DNA from: Conidiobolus incongruus B7586
Taxonomy: Eukaryota
DNA: 43,285 bases
Reading direction: 5' to 3'
NCBI GenBank assembly: GCA_000697335.1
Contig: JNEM01009845.1
Location: forward strand, 1-43,285
In this document: in pieces, positions 27,602 to 37,412 of the stretch
Numbering within the stretch: position 1 is the stretch's first letter
Layout of the letters: every line of letters starts with the position of its first letter
Made by a program: the position numbers and the translations under genes
Notes under the pieces: generated by a model
Told to the model about the DNA's origin: nothing
Databases searched by the model: none
The model's input: the letters and a program-made list of their open reading frames with translations, nothing else

Positions 27602-27686
27602 TTTAAATTTTATTTTGATTTTTGGTGAATGTTAAAATGACTGAATTTAATTTCAATTTTAGTTAAATAAATTCAATTAATATTGT

Positions 27687-27694
27687 TGTGGGAT
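27687..27694 (-). promoter_or_regulatory. TCCCA promoter motif (ATCCCACA)
   Basis: About 90 nt upstream of ATG 27601, sense orientation. Confidence 0.55.
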
Positions 27695-29330
27695 TATCAA
27701 TTAAAATAAATCATAATCCAATTTGTAATATCATACATTCACAGAAAGCTATAAGCTTTAATAGCTTATAAAGATTTAAGAAAATTAATTTATATAATTA
27801 ATAGAATATTTCTGAATTTCGTAATAATATTCAATTATATATCCGTTAGTTAAAAATTCAAAAAAAATTATATTGGAATATGAGATTAAATTAATAATAT
27901 AAACCCATTAATTCAATTAATACAAAAAAAATAAAAAATATGTATTGTAAAAATGCTGAGATGACTTTCAAATATTAATATACATTTCAACTAAAATCCA
28001 AATAATATGAAATTACTACAAATTAATATTTTTATATCCTTTTCCAATATTTAAAGCATATAAATATCATCATAAATTCTTAAGTTGTATAATATAATAG
28101 CTTCAATTTTTATATTATGAGATGTTTAAAGATTACACTTTAAAGTTATCATTTATCATATCAATTAATCTTCAAATTTACACTTGATCTCCAGAAATTA
28201 ATATTATTACAAGATCCTTTTAAATAAATTCTGCAATTATATTTTGTAATATTAAGTATTATATTCTTTTATGTTTTAAATTTAGTTAATTAATTTGGGT
28301 TTATTTGGTAATAACTCATTAAAATATTTTCTAGAAAACTTGATAATAATTTAATTTTCATAAATAATTATGAATAGGAAACATCAATTATTTACCATAT
28401 ATGTAATATAATAATCAAAATACAGTATATGATACAGATAAAAGTACACTGTCTCAATATTTTTGAATTTTGAAAAAGATTTAGACTATTTAAGAATTTA
28501 TTTGAATTTGGATCAAAGTTATTTATATTATATTATAATATAATAGTATCCTTGAAATTAATAAAAATTTTATTAGCTATTTATCTTAAATTATTCGATT
28601 CATTTACATACTAATTTAAACTAAGCCTATTCAATTTGCTAAATATTTTGATATATTTTGATATTGTTTGATAGGATCATTCTTTTCAATATCGATAGTA
28701 TACAAATTCATATACCAAATATACAAATATAATGATACGTAGTGTTTGAATATTCAACACCTATTAAAGTGAATTTCGACAAAAACTAAAATATTATTCA
28801 TCATACAATTGACAACAAGTTAAATATTTAATTTAAAAATATGAATACAGGCTTCTTATTACAATTTGTCGTGGATTTGATTATGCACAATTAAATATTA
28901 TAATGGACAAGTGAAATTAATATTTGAAAATTAATTTACAAAATAAGATTTTTCAAATTGTAATTAAATATAGTATATTATATATTAAATTTATTTAAAT
29001 CAAGTAAGATAATGTAAATTATATAAATATAACTGAAAGCGATGTAATGGTTAATGAGATAATACAATATAAAAGAGTTTAAAAATAAGAAATCAAACTA
29101 AAAACTTATTCATTATGTTCCAAGTAATCAGAATGATAATTATATAAATAATAAGGATAATAATAAAAGATAAGTTGACTGAATATGAACTATTAAATTA
29201 ATATTATGTTAATAATAAATTATAATTACAAAATAATATGACGAAATATATGCAAACAAGGGTGAATTTGAGAAAATAATACTAATTTAGGGAATTAATT
29301 GGAACCAAGGAGAAAAATTTTATTTTGAGA

Positions 29331-29397
29331 ATCCCATAAACTAGGGTGTTGAATGATCTAGTATCATTTCTAAAATGTAATTCAAACTTTTCAATCT
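29331..29397 (+). promoter_or_regulatory. RPS26 promoter: ATCCCATAA (29331) plus TCAAACTTTTCAATCT (29382-29397)
   Basis: Both elements occur at near-equal distances upstream of RPS13-B. Confidence 0.6.
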
Positions 29398-29439
29398 CTC
29401 TCACAGTGGTTAAATCCTACTTAAAAAGTTAACCTCAAT

Positions 29440-29781
29440 ATGACTCTCAAGCGTAGAAACAACGGACGTAACAAGAAGGGACGTGGTCATGTTAAGCCCG
29501 TCCGTTGTACCAACTGTGCCCGCTGTGTCCCCAAGGATAAGGCCATCAAGCGTTTCACTATCCGTAATATGATTGAAGCCGCCGCCGTCAGAGATCTTGC
29601 TGATGCCTCAGTCTACACTGACTACGTCGTACCCAAGTTGTACGTCAAATTACAATACTGTGTATCCTGCGCCATTCACGCTCACATTGTCCGTGTCCGT
29701 TCTCGCGAAGGACGTCGTATTCGTACTCCTCCTCCTCGTTTCCGTTTCAAGGATGGAAAGAAGGTTGCTCCTACTGCCTAA
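29440..29781 (+). CDS. RPS26: 40S ribosomal protein S26 (eS26), intronless CDS
   Basis: [36 protein letters not shown]...YCVSCAIH. Confidence 0.98.
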   Translation: MTLKRRNNGRNKKGRGHVKPVRCTNCARCVPKDKAIKRFTIRNMIEAAAVRDLADASVYTDYVVPKLYVKLQYCVSCAIHAHIVRVRSREGRRIRTPPPRFRFKDGKKVAPTA

Positions 29782-29999
29782 TTTTAGACCAGAATAAATA
29801 CTTGGTCTCGAGAATATCAGCATATTATCCTTGACCAAATAACACCTGCGCTGACTGTATTTTCAACTAAATATTTTGGGAACAAAAGCAATAAGATCTT
29901 GACATATCGGTAAATTTTTTAATAGATCTGTCTATTTTAATCAAACCCACAAATTTTAGATTTATAGGTTATTTACAAAACCTATACACCAAATATTAA

Positions 30000-30840
30000 C
30001 CAATATATTTTTATACCTTCTAGTTGTTTATCGGCTTCCAATATGTCAATATATATAAAAGCACAAATTACTCCAATCCCAGATGAATCTTTGATCCTAA
30101 TTACAAGATAGATCTAATTCAAATCTGTTAATGATTTTTCTTCACTTCTATTGACCATACTCCACCAAGAGTTATTTTGATAAGGCTTTTTATATTCTAT
30201 TATTACATCAAGGGTTTTGCTATTATAGTGTCAGATATCATATTCTCATTTATAGTCTTTTTACAGAATTTTTTCCACTACTCTTATTTGATATCTCAGC
30301 AATATTAACCTTCTTTTTTGTTTACATTTACTTTGATTTTCAATTTGAGCTCATAGAAATCCCAGTTATTTTTTCAATGAATCTAAATCATATTTAATTT
30401 ATTATTCCTTTTATTGATACTATATGTATTGTATCTAGGGTTTGTATCCAACTTTTAAACGATCATATCTCTTTTATTACAATTAATAAACTCATCAAAT
30501 CCCTCTAAATTTTTAAATCGGTGTTTTAATGTTTACTATAAAATGTATTTTCTTAAATTCAAATAAACTCTAATTTCATATTACCATTATCATTTACACA
30601 CTAGATATAATAGATCTTAAAGGAAACGATTTGCTATGTTTTCCACCTTCTCAATAATTTTAATTATATTCATTTATATTTGATCATTTATATATTGCCT
30701 TTGTTGCAGTAAATATCTAAGTGAATAATATAGCCGAACAATTTTATTGTGATTTCTTTCTAATATCTCAAATTGATTTTGATTATCTAGCAGGTAGACC
30801 TATTATATTCCTTGTGAATAATATCTTGGCTATATAATTT
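30000..30840 (-). pseudogene. Coding-like relic between RPS26 and RPS13-B, unknown product
   Basis: Purine-rich minus strand with protein-like runs broken by stops (e.g. SKTLDVIIEYKKPYQNNSWWSMVNRSEEKSLTDLN*IYLVIRIKDSSGIGVICAFIYID). Confidence 0.3.
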
Positions 30841-31257
30841 TATTGAAATAAATTATATTAATAAATCTTTGGTACATAATATGAATTATATGGTAAAGAA
30901 AATTCATCAATATAAAAGATCAAAATCAAAAATAACTTAGAATATACTCATAATAAATTAATCAATCAAGATGACAAATAAAAATGTAGCAACATCATAG
31001 TTATAATTGATAATTATAAATTAAAAATTTGAATAAAAATAGCTATAATGAAAAAAATTGATGAAAATAGTAGTCAAATAGGATGATCATTTAAATAAGT
31101 ATATTTACAAAAATAAAATGCATATATTGGTTAGTATAATCTAGTATTATCGTCATAAATGAAGTTTATGAATGGTGGGATAAAGAATACAGGAGTTCGA
31201 TATAGTCCAAAAATAAAGGTTGGCCTTTATTATGGATAGATCTAATTCGCATGGGGC

Positions 31258-31713
31258 TTAGGCAACTAAGGTGGAAGCGGTGGAGGATTCGTACTTCCAG
31301 TTGGGGGGAAGGGCACCAGAGCGCTTGTAGTAACGAGCAAGACGGTGGATTCTGGATTCGATTAAAATTAAGCGGAATTTGGAGTCTTTGTCTTTGCGGT
31401 TGCGTTCCAAGTGCTTGCGAACGGAGACAGCCTTCTTGATCAAGAAGTACATATCTTCGGGAATTTCAGGAGCCAATCCGTTACCCTTTAAGATACGGAC
31501 AACCTTGTTTCCGGTGACGGAACGGATTTGGGGAATACCGTGGGAGTCGCGGAGAACTACACCGATTTGGGAAGGAGTCATACCCTTTCTGGCTAATTTG
31601 CAGATTTGTTCAGTAACATCTTCGGGCAAAGCCTTAACCCAGGTAGGAGGATTACGACGGTAAGGAAGAGCGGATCCGGAGATACCTTTTCCAGGAGCAT
31701 GCATACGACCCAT
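31258..31713 (-). CDS. RPS13: 40S ribosomal protein S13 (uS15), copy B, intronless CDS
   Basis: Full 151 aa, [18 protein letters not shown]...STASTLVA. Confidence 0.99.
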   Translation of the reverse strand: MGRMHAPGKGISGSALPYRRNPPTWVKALPEDVTEQICKLARKGMTPSQIGVVLRDSHGIPQIRSVTGNKVVRILKGNGLAPEIPEDMYFLIKKAVSVRKHLERNRKDKDSKFRLILIESRIHRLARYYKRSGALPPNWKYESSTASTLVA

Positions 31714-31743
31714 CTTGAACTAATTGAATATTATATGAAAAAT

Positions 31744-31824
31744 AACTTTCAATGACCAAAAGATTGAAAGTTTTGACGAAACAAAATATTTTATTAATAT
31801 CTATAATAGTGAAAATTATGGGAT
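31744..31824 (-). promoter_or_regulatory. RPS13-B promoter: ATCCCATAA (31824-31816), TCAAAACTTTCAATCT (31776-31761) and a 10-bp inverted repeat (31744-31753/31763-31772)
   Basis: Same architecture as the RPS26 promoter; short interval shared with the divergent gene at 31930. Confidence 0.6.
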
Positions 31825-31929
31825 AATATAATAACCCAAACTTAAATATAGGATAATTATATTTTGATAATGATGATTGATACTAAAAATATAATTGTTT
31901 CCACTCTGAAATATTAATAAACTTAGATT

Positions 31930-32522
31930 ATGAAAAGTATCAGACAGTCAAATGAATCACAAAGGATTATTGTATTATTAAGAGAATACTTGACGATATC
32001 TAAAAGTTGGGATAACAAAAAGGAACTATTGATACAGTATGCGAACCATCTGGTCAATTTAATGAATCAACGCGAAAGAATTATTCCATTTAAGACACCT
32101 TCGATAAATTGAACATCACTTTTAATAAATCCACTGTATCAAATCTATTACATCAGCAAAACTTTCAGATGAATGAATATAACGACAAGATCAATTATAT
32201 TATAGGAGAATTTCATAACCTTTATCAGAATATATGTAAAATCAAGTCACAATTATCGAATATTCAACAATATCAAGCAAACAATCCAGATCCTAATTTC
32301 AATATGATTCACATTACATCATTTCAAGCTAAAGAGTGCGTGGATTGGATCGATACTTTACTCTCTCAGTTTTATTATCAATATTTAAAACAAATTCAAT
32401 TCACAAAACTAATGTTCAATAATCAGCAGAGTACTGTAAAATTTGAAACTTTATATGAACAATTCCAATACTTGAAGGGAGTTACAATTAGAAATAATAT
32501 TGAGCAATTAATGCAAGATTAA
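31930..32522 (+). CDS. C1orf109/AIRIM-like (AFG2-interacting ribosome maturation factor) helical protein, split by one frameshift near 32092
   Basis: Adding one A at TTTAAGAC joins the two ORFs (PFKDTFDKL); pattern W..LVNLMNQ, LLHQQ, ECVDWIDTLLSQFYYQYLK resembles C1orf109 (W..LSNLAEQ, LRRKQ, DMLEWLQDIERHYRKSYLK) as I recall it. Confidence 0.55.
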
Positions 32523-32788
32523 ATTAAGTTTACAAATGAATAAATTTTTGCAAAATCGATAGATTCACAATTTTGATATATAAATTAACACCAATAACAT
32601 GATTTCAATTTAATCCTATTTTTTCTATTTCATCAACATATAATATTATATCCAAATTCTAATATCAACCCCATAATAGTATAATAATGGCTCAAATTTT
32701 AAATTCAGATGTGAACAGTCAACAATTAATATATTGAAATATTCAAACATATTAATTATTAATTCAAATAAAATATTTGTTATATATA

Positions 32789-34283
32789 ATGAATACCAAT
32801 CAACACCAAAACATTAAACAATAGTCAATGAATACTAATCATTACTATTATGTTAAATAAAATATATTCACCAATAGACTAAAAAGTTTAAGATTTGATA
32901 TGCTAACAGAATTTGAAAATGATTTTAATTGAAATTTTACTTCCATTCAATGTAATCAAAAAGATTTAAAATAATAATTGATAAATATAAGATAGAAAAT
33001 TACATGGTTTATTGATACCAGTTAGCCTATTAGCAGGTACATCAAATAACCATAGTTCCATTTTTGATCTTACCGATTATGAATAATCAAATAATATAAA
33101 ACGACTCCATCTGTTGCGAAGAAATTTGACATTTATATTGTATCATTAAAATATTGATATTTTTAATAGAGTAAAAGAACATCAAGATTGAGTTAATCAG
33201 GTGAAACGATTGGCTCAAGACACTGGAATGTTTTTTACAAATTCTTATAATGGTCAATTCAAAGTATGAGACACGAATCATATAGAAGCTCTACGTTCTT
33301 TCAATTAAGATAAAATTAATTCATATGCGTTCCCCTCTAATATAAATAAGGACTCATATCAGGCAATATCATTATCAATTAGATAATTAAATGTTTTCTA
33401 TAATCATGGCTAATTAGTATGCTCTAATTCGAATAGGAAAAGATTAGTTGACTTAAAATCAAACACTAGTATTCAAACTCTTACAGTTGTCAATTAACCA
33501 TTATTATTTATATTAATAAATATGAACTTAAGTCATAAAGAATCTGTAATGACATCGCAATAAGCACCATATTTAAATTACATACTGATTTCAGCTGAGT
33601 AATATTGTCAAATTATTTTGATCATTTATTAAATAATTCATAGACTAGATAAGAAGATCAAGACCTGAGATATTAGAAAAGCTCAATCCTGTTTAATGTA
33701 TTTAAATCAACAAATTCCCATTTGATGATCCTCTAAATGAAGCAATTACATCACATAATTCGCCAGTAGTAGGATGTCAATTTAAGCATCAAAATCATTG
33801 CTTAATCAGTGTCAGATCCGATGACAACAATAAGAAATGGAACATGTCCAATGGAACCTTATCAAAAAGTATTCGAAAAAAAAATGGTCTTTCCTAATAA
33901 TATGAACCGTGATCCAGTAGTTAATGCTAAGAATACCATATTTTTAACTTCTCCAAAATCTAAAAGCTGTCATTGATCAATTTGAAATCACATCAATGTC
34001 AATTACTGGAAAGAGGAATTGACATTTATCCAGTATAAGTTCAGAGATGGTTTAAGATATTACTTATTTTACATGTTTTAATAATTACTAATTTAATACA
34101 AGGAGTTATACTATAATGGAAGTAAAAGAGATATCTATTGCTGGAAAATTTGGCATCCAACTACTATGACAAATAATCTGATAATAATATTTAAAGGTAA
34201 CTATATCATTTCGTTATATTTAGTCAAATACATTTATGTTACTATTAGAATCATTATCAAGTAATTGGTCAGATAGCGATTAA
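32789..34283 (+). pseudogene. ERCC8: Decayed ERCC8/CSA (Rad28/Ckn1) WD40 gene
   Basis: QDTGMFFTNSYNGQFKV*DTN, RLVDLKSNTSIQTL, HKESVMTSQ*APYLNYILISA, DKKIKT*DIRKAQSCLMYLNQ, SHNSPVVG, C-terminal NWSDSD*; stops at 33189, 33267, 33561, 33666; intron remnants; 5' boundary approximate. Confidence 0.85.
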
Positions 34284-34497
34284 TACATAAAATAAACAAC
34301 TATTTTTGATCAATTAATAAATAAAATCATCATGATGAAATCACCTATTGATCTTCAAAGGAAAAATATTTATCAAATTAGCGAAATAACTCGATAAGAT
34401 CATTTTCAATGCTCAGTGATATTTTATATTGATAATTAGAAAATTAGAATGATTTATTAAGATTAAATTAAATGAAGGCTGCTGAATATAATACTAT

Positions 34498-35000
34498 GTA
34501 TTTAATTTTTGATAGCTTGATTTTGATAGGAATGGGTTGTTTGAGGTGGGTATGTGAATGGGCATAGGCTGTGTTGGTAGCTTTGAATGAGAGGAATTAG
34601 GATTGGTGATGATAATGGTCATTTCTGGATTAATAACAGATGCTCAATCTCTTCATCTTCATTATCAATGTTTGCTTCATAATTTAATCTTGATAATAGA
34701 GCCTAAAGTAACCTAATAATAAAAATAATAAAACATGGGATATATATAGCTTACATAAATTTGGATAGACAGTATTATAATCAATATAAAAGACATCAAC
34801 AAAGTCCAAAAAATGCTCTGATAAAGTTTCAAACTAAAATAAATACTTAAAGCAATGATCACTTCTATTAAAACTGCCACAATGGCTCTATTGATGAGTT
34901 TTTTTCTAGCTCTTTGCTCTATTAACCATGCGGGATCTCCATTCAACTCTATAATCTCGCCTCCTTTAACCAGACTCACTTTATTTTTCTTCCAAAACAT
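34498..35000 (-). CDS. Small membrane protein of unknown family; boundaries uncertain, probably frameshifted
   Basis: Two hydrophobic segments in ORF 34713-35042; GTAAGC...TAG intron 34754-34713; downstream acidic and Pro/Ser-rich frames join only with 1-nt corrections. Confidence 0.4.
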
Positions 35001-35096
35001 ACACAATAATACTGATATAGAATACCAAGTATAAGGATTCAAAACACAAATGGAATGAAGTTAACATGATTTATATAATTTTGAGAGAATAGAAGT

Positions 35097-35234
35097 CTTA
35101 ATGCAGATCAGGAGTTCAATTTCCAAACACAGACAATCAAACTCAAATTCATTCATCATTAAATTAAATCAACCTAACCCAATTAGTCAATCGCGCTCTC
35201 CTCCTCCAGCTCTCATGTTGTCCAATTCATTAAG
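35097..35234 (-). ncRNA. Candidate structured non-coding RNA with box C/D-like elements
   Basis: 7-bp closing stem CTTAATG/CATTAAG, internal G-U-containing hairpins, GAGCGCGA, ATGATGA and CTGA in order. Confidence 0.3.
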
Positions 35235-35363
35235 TTGCAAATTTAGCATCAAACTTTAATTATTCATTTATAAATAAGTAACACGGCTTATGAATCACGG
35301 ATTATTTATATAATAAGATTAAATACTTTATAGTTACTTAGTTAACCAAATTAGGATACCCCA

Positions 35364-35371
35364 GTCCCACA
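35364..35371 (+). promoter_or_regulatory. TCCCA promoter motif (GTCCCACA)
   Basis: 102 nt upstream of twinfilin ATG 35466, sense orientation. Confidence 0.55.
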
Positions 35372-35465
35372 AATTTATATTATATGAAGAAATATTCAAC
35401 TTAAATTAGTATGATATAAACAATATCATTAATTCTAGTTGTAAACCATTTAATAAATAGTATAT

Positions 35466-36919
35466 ATGTCACACCAAAGTGGAATTTCAGGTCAATATAT
35501 ACTCAAGTCAACCAAATCACATCAGTATATTTACATATAAACATCATTTAGCTTCTCAAGATTTAATTAAAACTTTTGCTGAAGCCTGTCAAATCGATAA
35601 CTCACAAGCTGATCAAATTCGTTTGATTAAAATTCAACTACCTGATGGTAACCCCATTCCACATCATACGCCTTTAGTATAGCAAATATATTGATACATA
35701 TTTAGAACAATTTCAAGTAACTCAAACTGAATCGATTCAAGAAAATTGGAAACAAGGTAAATGACTGAATATAATTATAATTTAATAACAATTAATTGTA
35801 AAAGATTTCCAAAAGATTCAAGATTCTGCTAAAGATAATCAACCTGCATATATTGCATATCGATTAGATTCCACCAAGGAACAAGATCAAGGTGCTTGGA
35901 TCCTTATTTGCTTTATACCTGAAACAACTCATGTATTCAACTATATCGTTATTCATTTCAATTATTGTTAATGAGTCAATTATAGGTACGTCAAAAGATG
36001 CTATACGCTTCTAGCAAAGCCACTTTATTAAAAGACTTGGGTGCACAACACTTCCAAGTCAAATACTACGCATATAATCAGGTATTAAAAATACTGATTC
36101 AACCAAATGGCATCCTTATCAAATTCAATATAGAATGAATTATCTTTGAAAGTATATTTGGAGTATTTAGAACATCAAAAAGCAAGTGCTCCTTTAACAC
36201 AACAGGAGCAAGAGGCAAAGTTCGCTCAAGAATTAGAAGTAATTTTTCAAATTGAATATTTAAAAATTTACTCTAACCAATTTTGGATCTAGTCTGCCGA
36301 TCTTATACAATCACCCCAAAGACGCACTCATGTTTCTGGAATGCAGGTAGACTTTACAGAAGCTGCGAAAGCTGCTCTTCAGGAATTTAATGATGCATCT
36401 TACGTATGGTGATTTTAGCTGTCAACATGTCTGAAAATAATATAAATTTAGAGGAGACAATTGAAGATAGCTATGATTTCACCAACGTCCATTACGCTAG
36501 CCCATTCCCAAGTGATCAACCTAGATATGTCTTGGTCAGGGTTTCTAATGATGCTACCAACAGTGACTATAATAGTAAGTAATGATGTGTTACTTTAATG
36601 ATTTTGATATCCTAAACATAATTGATGTAGTGTTCGTGTACTGGTGCCCTGGAAATTCACCAGTTCGGCAACGAATGGTATATTCATCCTATAAAGGATC
36701 AGTGCTTCAGTATATTCAAGATGAGCTGCAGATCCCATTAAAAAGCAAATTTGAATTGGACCAAAAAGATGAATTGACATTAGAGAGATTAACAGAACAT
36801 TTAACCCCTTCTGAAACTTCGCCCATATTAGCCAATCAAGAATTAGGAAATCAGTTAAATCCTCTACCTCCTTCTGATAAACCCAAGTTTTCAAGACCTC
36901 AAGACCTGGAAGAAGATAA
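35466..36919 (+). CDS. TWF1: Twinfilin (two ADF-H domains), 8 exons, two apparent 1-nt deletions (~36400, ~36901)
   Basis: MSHQSGIS start; VRQKMLYASSKATL; APLTQQEQE; QPRY; YWCPGNSPVRQRMVYSS; corrected tail KPKFSRPQRPGRR*. Confidence 0.93.
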
Positions 36920-37128
36920 TTCATCATATTTATTGTATTCACAATATCACCATTTTCGAAAATAAATCATTTTGAATTGGTTAAGCAATATATTTTACTT
37001 TTAATTAATTTCCTTCAATATAATCTTAATTTAAACTTAAATTAATTATCCAGAATTTTTATATATAACTAAAATATCATAATCTAAAATTCAATACATT
37101 GAATTGAAGCAAATTTATTCTTGCAAAA

Positions 37129-37320
37129 ATGAATCTTATTAACTACAGATTATTGATGCTCATGATGGCTGCAAATTTAGCTGATCAAGCTGAATTTGAT
37201 ACTCAAACAGATCAAACTGAATGGAATAAAGAATTTGGACGATATTTAGCAAGTTTACCTCAAGATAAGCTACGTGAAATATTCCAAACCGATGGAACTG
37301 TATCCATCTATCCAGATTAA
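37129..37320 (+). CDS. 63-aa ORF with a hydrophobic N-terminus (possible small secreted peptide)
   Basis: AAAATG start context, GC higher than flanks, AATAAA just after the stop; no homology recognised. Confidence 0.35.
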   Translation: MNLINYRLLMLMMAANLADQAEFDTQTDQTEWNKEFGRYLASLPQDKLREIFQTDGTVSIYPD

Positions 37321-37412
37321 ACTTATTAATAAAAATTTTATTTATTAATATATCGATGTAATAACAATGAAATGCATTTTTATTAAACCAAGTGACTAAT
37401 CTTCAATATAAA

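Noticed and set aside
32006..32094. Intron explaining the split of the AIRIM-like gene
   Set aside because: The only phase-compatible nearby donor (GTTGGG) is weak and would delete the conserved-looking W..LVNL segment
33189..33668. TGA at conserved Trp positions in ERCC8 suggesting TGA=Trp recoding or A-to-I rescue
   Set aside because: Another Trp is TAA, one TGA is at a non-Trp site, splice sites and motifs are eroded, intact genes use TGG, and GET5 ends in TGA
35104..35118. TGAACTCCTGATCTG (minus strand) as part of a TPP riboswitch
   Set aside because: Lacks the upstream CUGAGA and the downstream UAAU..GCG..GGA elements
35173..35180. CCTAACCC as a telomerase RNA template on +
   Set aside because: Only 8 nt, no downstream pseudoknot visible, and pairing favours the opposite strand
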